Shown here: positions 1 through 9,376 of the stretch, in pieces
How the letters are laid out: each line of letters begins with the position of its first letter
How positions within the stretch are numbered: the stretch's first letter is position 1
NCBI GenBank assembly: GCA_050248915.1
Contig: JBFWRL010000004.1
Location: forward strand, 12,673-76,672
Source: Candidatus Sericytochromatia bacterium
GTDB taxonomy: Bacteria; Cyanobacteriota; Sericytochromatia; UBA7694
Direction: 5' to 3'
Length of the DNA stretch: 64,000 nt
The notes under the pieces: generated by a model
The model's database searches: none
What the model was told of the DNA's origin: nothing
The model's input: the letters and a program-made list of their open reading frames with translations, nothing else
Position numbers and translations under genes: made by a program

Positions 1-541
1 ACACTCATGCGGTGATTGCCTTTGAGGTAGAGATCGGGCAAGAGCTTTGTATTCAGCCGGGCTTTAATTTCGGTGGCCGTCACACTTTCGACCTGCAGTA
101 AAATGCTGTCATCGAGCAACACGCGGGCTTGGGGCTCATTGCCCACAAAGCTTTGCTGCACCAGCGGTGACTCCCATTGAAAGAGGAAGTCTTTGAGCTT
201 GAAAGCCTTTTCGTTGCGCTTTTCAAATTTGCCTTGAATCGTCAGGCGAATTTCTGTCCCGGCATAGTCGGGGCTCAAGGCCGCAGGGGCATTGGGGCCC
301 ATCACTTTTTCACCCGTTTCTGTCAGCAGAATATCTGTGATCAACAATTCGGGGCTGCGCTCACAGCGGGAGCGGGGTTTAAAGTCTTTCCAGTCGCGCT
401 CAGCCAATTTGGGGGGCTTTTTGTGTTTTTCGTCTTCGCGCCGATTGTCTTTGCTGCGTTGAGCGTCGCGCTCAGATTGCCCTCGCACCGATTGCAGCAA
501 AAAGTCTTGCAGGCTGGACTCCTGAGGTGGTGAAGCCATAT
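1..541 (-). CDS. hypothetical protein, 5' portion; the gene runs off the left edge of the window
   Basis: My own reverse-complement translation of 1..541 gives an uninterrupted reading frame starting at the ATG at 539-541: MASPPQESSLQDFLLQSVRGQSERDAQRSKDNRREDEKHKKPPKLAERDWKDF... with no stop before the window edge. It is missing from the ORF track because it has no in-window stop. The plus-strand ORF 177..533 is its low-complexity shadow. Confidence 0.45.
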
Positions 542-679
542 TGAGCGATACATCTGTCAATTGACAGGCACTTAAGCTTAAACAGAGCAATAAAAAAGCG
601 GGCACAAATTTCATAAGACCTCCAGAACAGACGGGTGTGGAGCCAATCCAAAATGCGTGGATAAAAGGGAATTATATAC

Positions 680-689
680 GGGGGGGGGG
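680..689. repeat. homopolymeric G tract of about 10 G
   Basis: The run 'tatacggggggggggtatg' is seen directly in the 450-bp intergenic region upstream of the partial minus-strand gene. Confidence 0.8.
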
Positions 690-1004
690 TATGATTGGGG
701 TTAATCCAGAGAAAAAAGCAGACCCCAAATGAATTGAAAACCCAGCAGCGAAACTCATCGGCGTGACCTCGAAAAATGCTGAAAAGATGATAGCTTAATT
801 TAAAGGGATTGTAAAGCGAGGGTTTCGGATTTTCGTATTTTAATTGTCACACTCTTTAACAAAAGTCGAGCCCAAAGGTGGGTGTTTTGTTTGTCTGGGT
901 TGATTGGCTTTGTCTGAAAGTCAATGCTTCTCAAGTGTTTGGGGCAATCTGTAATTCTATTTTTTGTACTCAAAACGTCATCAAGATTTAATGTTACACA
1001 ACAC

Positions 1005-1823
1005 TCAGCGCCGAATGCTCATATGCCATTTCGAGAAGATCTTCATAAACGCCGGGTCTTTGCGCGCCGCTTTGAGGGCGGTATTGAGTTGTTTGAGCAA
1101 TTCAACGTTTTCGCTGTGCACCACGCCCACATACGGTGTTTCGGGGGTGATCGGCTCGCCCGTTAAACGCAGGCCGGGCACCTTGGACTGGTACCAACTG
1201 GCCAGGGCCCGCTCGCTTAAAACCGCATTCAGGCGCGATTGCCCGAGGTCCTGAAAGAGGGTCTCGGGGTTGTCGTAGGGCTGAACCTGAATCCCCGCGT
1301 CTTTGAGGCGGTTGAGATCGTCGAGCAGCACCTGGGAGACCGACTCTGAGATCACGCCTATTTTCTTTTTGCGCAGATCTGAGAGATTGTAGGTGAATTT
1401 ATCGCTTTTGCGCACGGTTAATTGCTGAAAAGCCGTGTAATAATGCTCGCTGAATGCGAGATGGGGCGGCAGATTGGTATTGGCCTGGGGTTTTTCGATG
1501 GCGTTGAGGGCCAGATCGACCTCTTTGCGAGAGACCGACTCCAGCAGTTTTTCCCAGGCAATTTCTTTGACTTCGAGCTTTTTGCCGAGCTTTTGGGCCA
1601 GGTATTTTAAGATCTCGTATTCAAAGCCGCCGTATTTTTCAGCGGTTTGTATTTTATAGACAAAGGGCCGGCCAATATTGGGATCCAGGCCCACGCTCAA
1701 ACGCGCAGCCAAGGTGGCCGGATCGGGCTGTTTGGGCGGGCAGCCCGCCAAGAGCGTCAGCAGCAAGGCTGGCAACAGGGTTGCCAGCAAGCGGCTCAGG
1801 CCTTGGCGTTGCCGAGACGTCAA
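1005..1823 (-). CDS. family-3 periplasmic solute-binding lipoprotein (polar amino-acid ABC transporter SBP-like)
   Basis: Lipobox signal LLAGC. SBP_bac_3-like core: FVYKIQ..GFEYEILKYLAQKLGKKLEV...DLALNAIEKP..YY. Confidence 0.65.
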   Translation of the reverse strand: MTSRQRQGLSRLLATLLPALLLTLLAGCPPKQPDPATLAARLSVGLDPNIGRPFVYKIQTAEKYGGFEYEILKYLAQKLGKKLEVKEIAWEKLLESVSRKEVDLALNAIEKPQANTNLPPHLAFSEHYYTAFQQLTVRKSDKFTYNLSDLRKKKIGVISESVSQVLLDDLNRLKDAGIQVQPYDNPETLFQDLGQSRLNAVLSERALASWYQSKVPGLRLTGEPITPETPYVGVVHSENVELLKQLNTALKAARKDPAFMKIFSKWHMSIRR

Positions 1824-4423
1824 ATACCCACCCCTTGCAAATACTCACTCAGCGCCGCAGAGAGTTTGTCCAAGCCGCTGGGATCACTGCCGCCACCGGC
1901 CTGGGCAAATTCGGGTTTGCCCCCACCACGTGCGCCCACGACTGGGCCCAGGGCTTTGATAATCGCGCCTGCTTGCACCCCGGCCTGAATCAGCTCGGGT
2001 GAGACACGGGCAACCAGATTGACCTTGTCTGCAATCACAGCGCCCAGCAACACCAGGCTCTGGGCCTGACGGCTGGCCAGGGCATCGGCGATCTGTTTGA
2101 GGGCCTCGCTGTCGGGCACATCGACCACGGTCACCAGCACCTGGGCGGATCCTTTGGCTGATTCACGGGGCTTAAACTGGCTGGCCAGTTCTTCGACCTG
2201 ATGCAAAGCGAGTTTGGACTTGAGTTGTTTGAGTTCTTTTTCTTGGTTGCGCAGATTCTCCTGCAATTTGCCCAAACGGCTTGGGATCTCAGCAAAAGGC
2301 ACCTTGAGATCGCGGGCCAGACTTTTGAGCAGCTCTTCGTTTTGGCGGCTGTAGCGGTAAGCGGCTTGACCGGCCACGGCGGTAATGCGGCGCACGCCCG
2401 AGGCAATGGCCTCTTCGCCAATCACCTTAAAGGAGCCAATCACACCGGTGGCGGGCACATGGGTGCCGCCGCAGAACTCTTTGCTATAATCGCCCATGCC
2501 AATCACACGCACGACTTCGCCATATTTTTCGCCAAACATGGCCACAGCGCCACTTTCGCGCGCCTGTTCAATTGGCAGCACCTGGGTTTGCACGGGGTGG
2601 TTTTGCATGATCTGCTCATTGACCAATTCTTCGACTTTTTGCACTTCTTCGGCGCTCATGGCGCGGTTATACGAAAAGTCGAAACGGGTTTGCAGATGGC
2701 TGACCTCAGAGCCTGCCTGTTTGACCTGATCGCCCAAGACATCTTTGAGGGCCTGGTGCATCAAATGGGTCACAGAATGGTGTTTCATGGTCTCGCGGCG
2801 GGTGCTTTGCTCCACTTCGCAGACCACTGAAATTTGGGGCTGCAATAGGCCAAATTCGTCGCCGCGAATCACATGCACAAAGACCTCGCCGACCTTTTGC
2901 ACATCGACCACTTCAAAGACATGGGCCCCGGCTTTGATCACGCCGTGATCACTGACCTGGCCGCCGCTCTCGGCATAAAAAGGCGTGCGGTTGAGCACCA
3001 GGCGGCGCAGTTCGTGGCTGTTGGTTTCGAGGCAGGCCAAGATCTCTGCGTCGCTTTTGAGTTCGCCATAACCTGTAAATTCGGTCGGGGCAAAACCCAC
3101 CACATGGGCCCCCATGTCCAGATTGGAGCGCGAAGCGGCACGGGCCCGTTCGACCTGCTCTTGCATGGCGGTTTTATAACCGGGCAGATCCACACTCAGG
3201 CCCTGTTCTTGGGCAATCTCTTGGGTCAGCTCCAGCGGGAAGCCGTAGGTATCGTAGAGTTCAAAGGCCACAGCGCCAGGAATGACTTTGGCCCCTCCGA
3301 GCTCGGCCAGGGCCTCTTCGAGTTTTTTGACGCCCCGGTTCAAGGTGCGGTGGAAGCGCTCTTCTTCGAGCAAAATGCTCTCGCGGATCTGCTCCCCTTT
3401 GGCTTTGACTTCGGGGTAATTGGGGTAGAGTTCGACGATCGTGGGCAATAATTTATACAAAAAGGGCTCGTTGATGCCAATAAAATGACCAAAGCGAATC
3501 GCCCGGCGCATCACGCGGCGCAGCACATAGGCCCGGCCTTCGTTGCCCGGTTGCACGCCATCGCTGATCAAGAGCACACTGGCGCGGCTGTGGTCGGCAA
3601 TCACCTGCAAAGCAGTGGTATAACGGGGGTTGCTCTCCATGCCGGGTGCTGCCAGGGGTTTGACCTTTTCGATAATCGCCTGCAACATGTCGGTTTCGTA
3701 ATTGCTGGCTTTGCCCTGCACAACTGAAGCGATGCGCTCGAGGCCCATGCCGGTGTCGATATTTTTGGCAGGCAAAGGCTCCAGAGAGCCGTCACTCTGG
3801 CGGTTGAACTCCATAAAGACCAGGTTCCAGACTTCGAGATAACGCACATCGTCGTCGTCGCCGGGAGTCAGACCTTTGTCGAGGTGGGCGCCCATATCGT
3901 AATAGATTTCTGAGCAGGGGCCACAGGGGCCGGTTTCTCCGGCGGCCCAAAAATTGGTCTCCCCGTCGCGGCGGGTGATGCGCTCGGCGGGCACGCCAAC
4001 TTTTTCGCGCCAAATATTTTCGGCTTCGTCATCGTCGAGGTAGACGGTCACGTAGAGTTTGTCTTTGGGGATCTCCAACTCGCCGGTCAAAAATTCCCAG
4101 GCCCAGGGAATGATCTCGTCTTTGTAATAATCGCCAAAGGAGAAATTGCCCAGCATTTCAAAGAAGGTGTGGTGGCGGGCCGTAAAACCGACATTTTCGA
4201 GGTCGGTGGTGCGAAAGCACTTTTGGTAGGTGGTGACCCGGCTGTGGGGCGGCTTTTCGGTGCCAAACATGATCGGTTTGAACTGCAACATACCCGCGGT
4301 GGTAAGCAAAACAGTGGGGTCGTTGTAAGGCACCAGGGGAGAACTGGGCAAATGGACATGGCCCTTATTTTTAAAATATTCAATAAATTTTTGGCGAATT
4401 TCAGCGCCAGTGAGACTTTTCAT
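1820..4423 (-). CDS. alaS: alanine--tRNA ligase
   Basis: 867 aa. Canonical AlaRS N-terminus MKSLTGAEIRQKFIEYFKNKGHVHLPSSPLVPYNDPTVLLTTAGMLQFKP. Editing domain HHSVTHLMHQAL and a C-terminal DHHA1-like GGGKPEFAQAGG. The 4-nt overlap with the downstream SBP gene suggests an operon. Confidence 0.95.
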   Translation of the reverse strand: MKSLTGAEIRQKFIEYFKNKGHVHLPSSPLVPYNDPTVLLTTAGMLQFKPIMFGTEKPPHSRVTTYQKCFRTTDLENVGFTARHHTFFEMLGNFSFGDYYKDEIIPWAWEFLTGELEIPKDKLYVTVYLDDDEAENIWREKVGVPAERITRRDGETNFWAAGETGPCGPCSEIYYDMGAHLDKGLTPGDDDDVRYLEVWNLVFMEFNRQSDGSLEPLPAKNIDTGMGLERIASVVQGKASNYETDMLQAIIEKVKPLAAPGMESNPRYTTALQVIADHSRASVLLISDGVQPGNEGRAYVLRRVMRRAIRFGHFIGINEPFLYKLLPTIVELYPNYPEVKAKGEQIRESILLEEERFHRTLNRGVKKLEEALAELGGAKVIPGAVAFELYDTYGFPLELTQEIAQEQGLSVDLPGYKTAMQEQVERARAASRSNLDMGAHVVGFAPTEFTGYGELKSDAEILACLETNSHELRRLVLNRTPFYAESGGQVSDHGVIKAGAHVFEVVDVQKVGEVFVHVIRGDEFGLLQPQISVVCEVEQSTRRETMKHHSVTHLMHQALKDVLGDQVKQAGSEVSHLQTRFDFSYNRAMSAEEVQKVEELVNEQIMQNHPVQTQVLPIEQARESGAVAMFGEKYGEVVRVIGMGDYSKEFCGGTHVPATGVIGSFKVIGEEAIASGVRRITAVAGQAAYRYSRQNEELLKSLARDLKVPFAEIPSRLGKLQENLRNQEKELKQLKSKLALHQVEELASQFKPRESAKGSAQVLVTVVDVPDSEALKQIADALASRQAQSLVLLGAVIADKVNLVARVSPELIQAGVQAGAIIKALGPVVGARGGGKPEFAQAGGGSDPSGLDKLSAALSEYLQGVGI

Positions 4424-4578
4424 CGCTACTTACCTCGCGTCACAATACAGCCCAGTATACCACCCGCGTTTGGCCCAGCAGAATAGGATGGGGCCTTGGC
4501 AGGCTTGTCGCTCAGGATTCAGACCGCTAGAATAGAGGGTTTTGAATTGAGAATTCTGAGTGAGGAAGATGGTGTCTG

Positions 4579-5913
4579 ATGAATATAAAACGTTTTTTGC
4601 CGGGTGCTCTGCTCTTGATAAGCACCTCTTTGGTGGCGGTGTCCCCTCTTTATGCCCAAGGCCCGTTCTCCAAAGGGGAGACCGTGGAGTTCTTTGTCAA
4701 GCCTGGTGAATGGATGCGCGGCAAAATTTTGGCTGTTGGGGCGGGTGGCTACCGTATCCAGGCTGAGGGATTGCCCAATACTTATCAGGTGCCGCTCAGC
4801 AGTGCGCGTGTCGCGCCGCCGGTTAAAAACAATGGCCAAACAGATATTCAGGTGGGTGACTATGTCGAGGTCATGGCCGAGCGGGGCGGAAAGACCAAAC
4901 AATGGGTGATTGGCCGGGTCGTTGAAATTAAAGGTGTGCGTTATAAGGTGGAGTATGGGGGCAAATACAACAGTGCTTGGTATGAATTAAACCAATTTCG
5001 CAGTTTGGCCCAAGAACAGCAGATGGCGCAAAACCAAGCCTTGGGCAAAGATTTTTACCAAGATCTTTTGCCCTATCGCCAGACATTGGCAACCTGGTTG
5101 GCCAAAGCCAATCCCCAAGAGGTTTGGGGCGATCCCCGCAAGACAGTCAACAATTTGGCCGATTTGCGTCAAGCCCGTGAAGAACTGAATAAAGCCGCCC
5201 AGATTGTGGCGCAAAAATACCCCCAAATTGAGAATCCTCCCCCCAATCAGATGGGCGGGAGCTTGCTCTCTGCGCCTGGCACCGTACGCAAAATGCTCGA
5301 ACAGCGCGAAGTTGTCACCGACCAATTTGAACATGGGCTGTTGCAGCAGCAGGGCAAACTTTTTTTGGAGACGCCCGGTCGTCTCAATGATGTTTTGCTG
5401 GGGCAACCCCTGATGAATGGAAGCCAAAAATTGACCTGGGATCCTTATTTGGCCTGTAATACAGTTCCGCAACTGAAACAGCTGCTCGAAAAAAACTTGG
5501 CGGGGTATCTTCGCGACTTTGGGCTTAAAACCCAGCCCAGCGACTATCTGCCCAATTTTGATCAGGTCGTCGCGCAGCGCCAGGCCAAGGTGCAGACCCG
5601 TCTGAGCTATCCTTTCAGTCAGACCTACAAGTACCATTTGCCCGAAGCCGAGGCCAAGGTCAAGCAGGACTTAAAAGGCAGCGCTCTGAAAATGGGCTTT
5701 TCTTCCAATCAATGGGAGGTCGTGATGTCTGGGGGTGTTCCCAAAGGGCGCAAACGCACTGGCGCTGCGATGTGGAAAGCCACCAACACCTCATGCAATC
5801 TCTGTGCCTGGGATCGCTTCAATTATTGGGAGGATTATCTCGGCGGGGGGCGCTACGGCAATGGCAAAATCATGTGGGAGATCAGTTCTGAATTGATCCA
5901 GTGCCAGCGTTAA
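4579..5913 (+). CDS. secreted hypothetical protein with tandem SH3/Tudor-like N-terminal repeats
   Basis: Signal peptide LLLISTSLVAVSPLYAQG. Two similar about 45-aa repeats (GETVEFFVKPGEWMRGKIL.. and GDYVEVMAERGG..WVIGRVVEIKG). No recognisable catalytic motif. Confidence 0.55.
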   Translation: MNIKRFLPGALLLISTSLVAVSPLYAQGPFSKGETVEFFVKPGEWMRGKILAVGAGGYRIQAEGLPNTYQVPLSSARVAPPVKNNGQTDIQVGDYVEVMAERGGKTKQWVIGRVVEIKGVRYKVEYGGKYNSAWYELNQFRSLAQEQQMAQNQALGKDFYQDLLPYRQTLATWLAKANPQEVWGDPRKTVNNLADLRQAREELNKAAQIVAQKYPQIENPPPNQMGGSLLSAPGTVRKMLEQREVVTDQFEHGLLQQQGKLFLETPGRLNDVLLGQPLMNGSQKLTWDPYLACNTVPQLKQLLEKNLAGYLRDFGLKTQPSDYLPNFDQVVAQRQAKVQTRLSYPFSQTYKYHLPEAEAKVKQDLKGSALKMGFSSNQWEVVMSGGVPKGRKRTGAAMWKATNTSCNLCAWDRFNYWEDYLGGGRYGNGKIMWEISSELIQCQR

Positions 5914-5989
5914 AAACCGTTTGACTTGGGGAGAAGCCCGATCAGGCAGTAAGATCAATGCAGATCTTCACGATTGAGAGGCACTCCCC

Positions 5990-6616
5990 ATGTTGAAACC
6001 CCTGCGTCCATTTCAGAGCTTTGTTTTAAGCGCGTTGTTGCTGGGAGGGGGGTATGTGTTGTGGCAAAAGTCTGTTCAAGCCGCTTTGCCCGAGCAGCAA
6101 TTGGCCAAATACGTTGACCTGGATCGCTATTTGGGCAAATGGTATGAAGTGGCCCGCATTCCCAATCCCTTTCAGCCCGAGAGCCATGTCGGTGGCAGCG
6201 ACAGTTACGAAAAATTGCCCGATGGCAGTTTGCAGGTGATCTATGGCTGGCACGAAAAAAGCCTGGCTGCCCCAGCCCAAAAAATGGTGGGCAAAATCCG
6301 CGTCGTGGATCCAAGCCATGCGCGCATGAAAGTGCAGTTTTTCTGGCCTTTTGAAGCGGATTATTGGGTTGTGGAATTGGCCGACGATTACAGCTATACG
6401 GTGGTGGGGTATCCCGACCGCTCAATGGCTTGGGTTATGAGCCGCAGCCCAGTGATCGACGAAACCCTTTACCAGGGTATTCTTACCCGGCTCAAAGCCC
6501 AAGGTTATCCGATTGAGAAATTGGTGCGCGTGCCACAGCCTGCCGATGCGCCCATTGAGAGTGCGCCGACTCAAACGGCCCCCATTCAAACAGCGCCTAC
6601 GACCACTCAGCCTTAA
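5990..6616 (+). CDS. blc: bacterial lipocalin (outer-membrane lipoprotein Blc family)
   Basis: Lipocalin signature YLGKWYEVARIPNPFQ. Typical length, then a C-terminal Pro/Thr/Ala-rich tail. Confidence 0.85.
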   Translation: MLKPLRPFQSFVLSALLLGGGYVLWQKSVQAALPEQQLAKYVDLDRYLGKWYEVARIPNPFQPESHVGGSDSYEKLPDGSLQVIYGWHEKSLAAPAQKMVGKIRVVDPSHARMKVQFFWPFEADYWVVELADDYSYTVVGYPDRSMAWVMSRSPVIDETLYQGILTRLKAQGYPIEKLVRVPQPADAPIESAPTQTAPIQTAPTTTQP

Positions 6617-7329
6617 CCCCCGTTGCCGCGTTCAACCGCACTGGTGGCGATTGTATCAAACGCGCTTTGGCTGAGATGTTTGGCGTTGTAAGTGCCCCCC
6701 GCTGTTTTTAGGGCATTGTGAAAGGCGCGCAAATGATTGCGCGAGCCTCGTTCCAGCTCTTGATAAACCAAGCGGATATCTGCTTGGTCGACGCTTTTGC
6801 TGAGGGTTTGCAAATCTGCAATATCCAATTCTTCGATCTCCAACCCGACCTGCAAAGCGGCAATTAATGACGTTTTGCCCTGTGTGATCAGACTGTCGTA
6901 GAGGCTTTGCAGGGCTGCAGCGTTGAATTTGCCTGTTTCTTTCAGGGCAGGATCGGCGATTTGGTAACGCTCGAGCAATTGCCTGACCGACTCGGTGTGG
7001 CTGGCTTCGCTGCTTGAGATATTTTGGAATTGGCGGGCCTGTGGCCACAGGCCCGCCAAGCTGAGATAAACGTCTTGGGCCAGTTTTTCTTCTTCACGCA
7101 TTTGCAAAAGGCCCGTCTTTTCAGCCTCTGAGAGCTCAGATGTGGGCATTTGTGCCAGGGCTTGGTTGAGTAAATTGTCAACCAAGCGGGTCGAGCCTTC
7201 GCTGTCGACTTGCACAAAAGGATTTTTATTGGCTCCAGGGTTGTTTTGATTGGGTCCCAACCCCAGGGTGCTGCAAGCACTGAGACTGCCCAGCAGGGCA
7301 AGGGTGGCGAAAAATTTGACTTTGAACAT
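6613..7329 (-). CDS. ferritin-like DUF2202 family lipoprotein
   Basis: Lipobox LGSLSAC. EEKLAQDVYLSLAGLW...EASHTESVRQLLERY and a second half-site EELDIADLQ...RNHLRAFHNAL typical of DUF2202 ferritin-like proteins. Confidence 0.6.
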   Translation of the reverse strand: MFKVKFFATLALLGSLSACSTLGLGPNQNNPGANKNPFVQVDSEGSTRLVDNLLNQALAQMPTSELSEAEKTGLLQMREEEKLAQDVYLSLAGLWPQARQFQNISSSEASHTESVRQLLERYQIADPALKETGKFNAAALQSLYDSLITQGKTSLIAALQVGLEIEELDIADLQTLSKSVDQADIRLVYQELERGSRNHLRAFHNALKTAGGTYNAKHLSQSAFDTIATSAVERGNGG

Positions 7330-7353
7330 GGGATTTAGACGCTTTCTATTTTC

Positions 7354-7977
7354 TTATTTTCTATTGCGGCCGTGTTGGCCGTGTTGGCCACGGGCAGAAC
7401 TGAGAAATTTTTGGAATTCAGTCTCAGAGAGATATTGGGGTTGGTAAGTTCCACCACTGGCTGCCAAGGCCCGATAAAAAGCCCCGAGGTGTCGCCCAGA
7501 GGCCTGAATCAAATGCTCAGCCGTTTGGGCTTCTGCAGGATCTTGGGTTTGACTTTGCCATTGTTTTAAGTCCAAAATATCTAATTCTTCAATTTCAAGC
7601 CCCACTTCAAGTGCTTTTTGTAGCGATATTTCCCCTTTGGTTTTGAGTTTTTGGTAGAGCGTTTGAATCTCTTGCTCTGAGAATTGGCCCTTGGCTAGGG
7701 CCTGGGTGGGATCGGAGAGTTGGCGCTGATTGAGCAAGCTGCGCAGACGTTGTAAATGCCGCATCTCTGCTGTTTGGATCTGCAAAAATACCGGGTGGTT
7801 CCACTGTTGACCAAAATGGACATAGAGATCGTGGGCCAGTTTTTCCGTTTCAGCCAAATGGGGCAACGAAACAGCTTTGGGCGTGGGATTGACAGGCGCT
7901 GCTGAGACCGTTAACCAGAAGGGGGAGAAAAAGGCGCCCCCGAGCAGGAGTGAGAGAGACAGGTGTTTGAGTGACAT
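7354..7977 (-). CDS. ferritin-like DUF2202 family protein, tandem paralog of 6613..7329
   Basis: Signal peptide. ETEKLAHDLYVHFGQQW..QTAEMRHLQRLRSLLNQRQL and EELDILDLKQ..GRHLGAFYRAL. Same architecture as the neighbouring gene. Confidence 0.6.
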   Translation of the reverse strand: MSLKHLSLSLLLGGAFFSPFWLTVSAAPVNPTPKAVSLPHLAETEKLAHDLYVHFGQQWNHPVFLQIQTAEMRHLQRLRSLLNQRQLSDPTQALAKGQFSEQEIQTLYQKLKTKGEISLQKALEVGLEIEELDILDLKQWQSQTQDPAEAQTAEHLIQASGRHLGAFYRALAASGGTYQPQYLSETEFQKFLSSARGQHGQHGRNRK

Positions 7978-8058
7978 GGTTGATTACCTCCATACTTATA
8001 CTATACACCCTATAGTATATTTGTGATTGATTCAAATCAAGGTTTTTCAGAGCTGGGG

Positions 8059-9228
8059 TTAGAAAGGGGCAAACCCTTCGGGCTCTTGCCGGGGCACCTG
8101 GTTAAAGCTGTGGCGGAATTCGGAGATCAGCTCGTAGACGGATTTGCGCACCCGATTGGTAACTCCCAGGGGGCGGTGTTCAGGCAGGGAGTGCCAGGGT
8201 GTAAATGAGAGGTTTTCACAAAATTGCATTTGCGCGGGGCTGTCAAAACTTTGGGGGGCCATCGTGATGCGGGCCACAGGCACGTAAGCTGAGACCTGTT
8301 CGGGCCATTCAACCGTGGCGTTTTCAACCGGCATTTGTTCAAAATTGCCGCTGTGGGGCTGCACCATCAACTCCATGCAGGCACTTTGCTGTTTGAGTGT
8401 GTTGGCCATGGCTTCACGCAGATAATTGGGGCCGGGTTTGGCGGGCATCGTGCTGCGCGGGGCCTGGCAGGGGCGCACCTTAAATTTGATCGGGCGATTG
8501 CCCAATTGGTAGGCTGTGGCGCTGAAAAATTCGCTTTCGAGCGGGTTGATGGTCTGTTTGCCAAAGATTTTGTAGAGGCGGTAACTCACGCGCGGGTGGG
8601 TGATTGCAAAACCGGCCAGACTTAACCCACCGTGGGCCACAGCCGAAGAAAAGGCCACATAGTCTTTGAGTTCTTCGATAAAAAACTCGCGGTTATTCAT
8701 CATCACAAAGTCTTGGGTGCGCGCGTCTGCTTGGGTGGGCAAAAGTTTTTTGCCGGGCACGCCCATCAATTTGATCGCCATACCGCGAATATCCCCTTTG
8801 GTATCGGGCACATTGGGGTCGCTGCCGCCATTGGAAAAACGCAGCCAAGCCGGGAAGTTCTGATTTTGGGCAAAAACACCCACGCGCATCGCCGGGGGCA
8901 GGGCCTGATTTTGCACCTGGAATTGGGCTTTGACACAGCCGTGGTGTTTGGCATGTACGTCACGTTTCATCGGTGGGGCCGTGAAATTCTTTTTGAGCGT
9001 GGCCAAAATATGTTGTTCGATTTCGCGGGTCGCAGCGGCTTCGTTGGGGGCCAGGGTCTCACCCAGGTTTTGGGCAATCTGTGTGGCACTGGCCTGGTAA
9101 TTGGCCTGGAACTGTTCCAAGCGGGCATTTTGCTGAGCATTGACTGGGGTCAGTGAGGTTTGTTGGCAGGCAAAAAGTGAGAGTCCCCCCAAACAGAGTG
9201 CGGTTGCAGACAAAGCAAAATATTTCAT
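8059..9228 (-). CDS. putative catalase-related haem-binding lipoprotein
   Basis: Lipobox LSLFAC. The motif RDVHAKHHGCVKAQFQV resembles the catalase distal-His region (R..VHAKG) in shorter catalase-related proteins. The assignment is tentative. Confidence 0.4.
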   Translation of the reverse strand: MKYFALSATALCLGGLSLFACQQTSLTPVNAQQNARLEQFQANYQASATQIAQNLGETLAPNEAAATREIEQHILATLKKNFTAPPMKRDVHAKHHGCVKAQFQVQNQALPPAMRVGVFAQNQNFPAWLRFSNGGSDPNVPDTKGDIRGMAIKLMGVPGKKLLPTQADARTQDFVMMNNREFFIEELKDYVAFSSAVAHGGLSLAGFAITHPRVSYRLYKIFGKQTINPLESEFFSATAYQLGNRPIKFKVRPCQAPRSTMPAKPGPNYLREAMANTLKQQSACMELMVQPHSGNFEQMPVENATVEWPEQVSAYVPVARITMAPQSFDSPAQMQFCENLSFTPWHSLPEHRPLGVTNRVRKSVYELISEFRHSFNQVPRQEPEGFAPF

Positions 9229-9311
9229 AAAGGGCAGGCTCCTGGGGGAATTTCTCTAGAATTTTAACATTTAACCGAAAATAAAGCCATTGCTGACTTT
9301 TTTAAACCAAG

Positions 9312-9333
9312 AAAAAAGGCCCCCGGAGGGGCC
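9312..9333 (-). terminator. putative intrinsic terminator after the EEP-family gene
   Basis: On the minus strand GGCCCC-TCCG-GGGGCC is followed by a T7 run immediately downstream of the stop at 9377. Confidence 0.5.
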
Positions 9334-9376
9334 AGCGTAGAGAGTTGGGAAAGAAAAAAAACTGTTTAGCGATCAG

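Noticed and set aside
177-533. 118-aa plus-strand ORF
   Set aside because: It has low-complexity, Phe/Ala-rich composition. It is exactly antisense to a clean minus-strand reading frame that runs to the window edge.
553-1005. 450-bp gene-free region examined for a tRNA or small RNA
   Set aside because: I could not identify a cloverleaf-compatible sequence or conserved T-loop (GTTCRANYC) by eye. It is most likely just the promoter and leader of the partial gene. A tRNAscan or Infernal run would be needed to exclude an ncRNA.
2201-3451. Several plus-strand ORFs of 190-210 aa inside the alaS region
   Set aside because: They are antisense shadow frames of a strongly supported alaS gene. Their Gly/His/Ala-rich translations are typical of GC-rich antisense.
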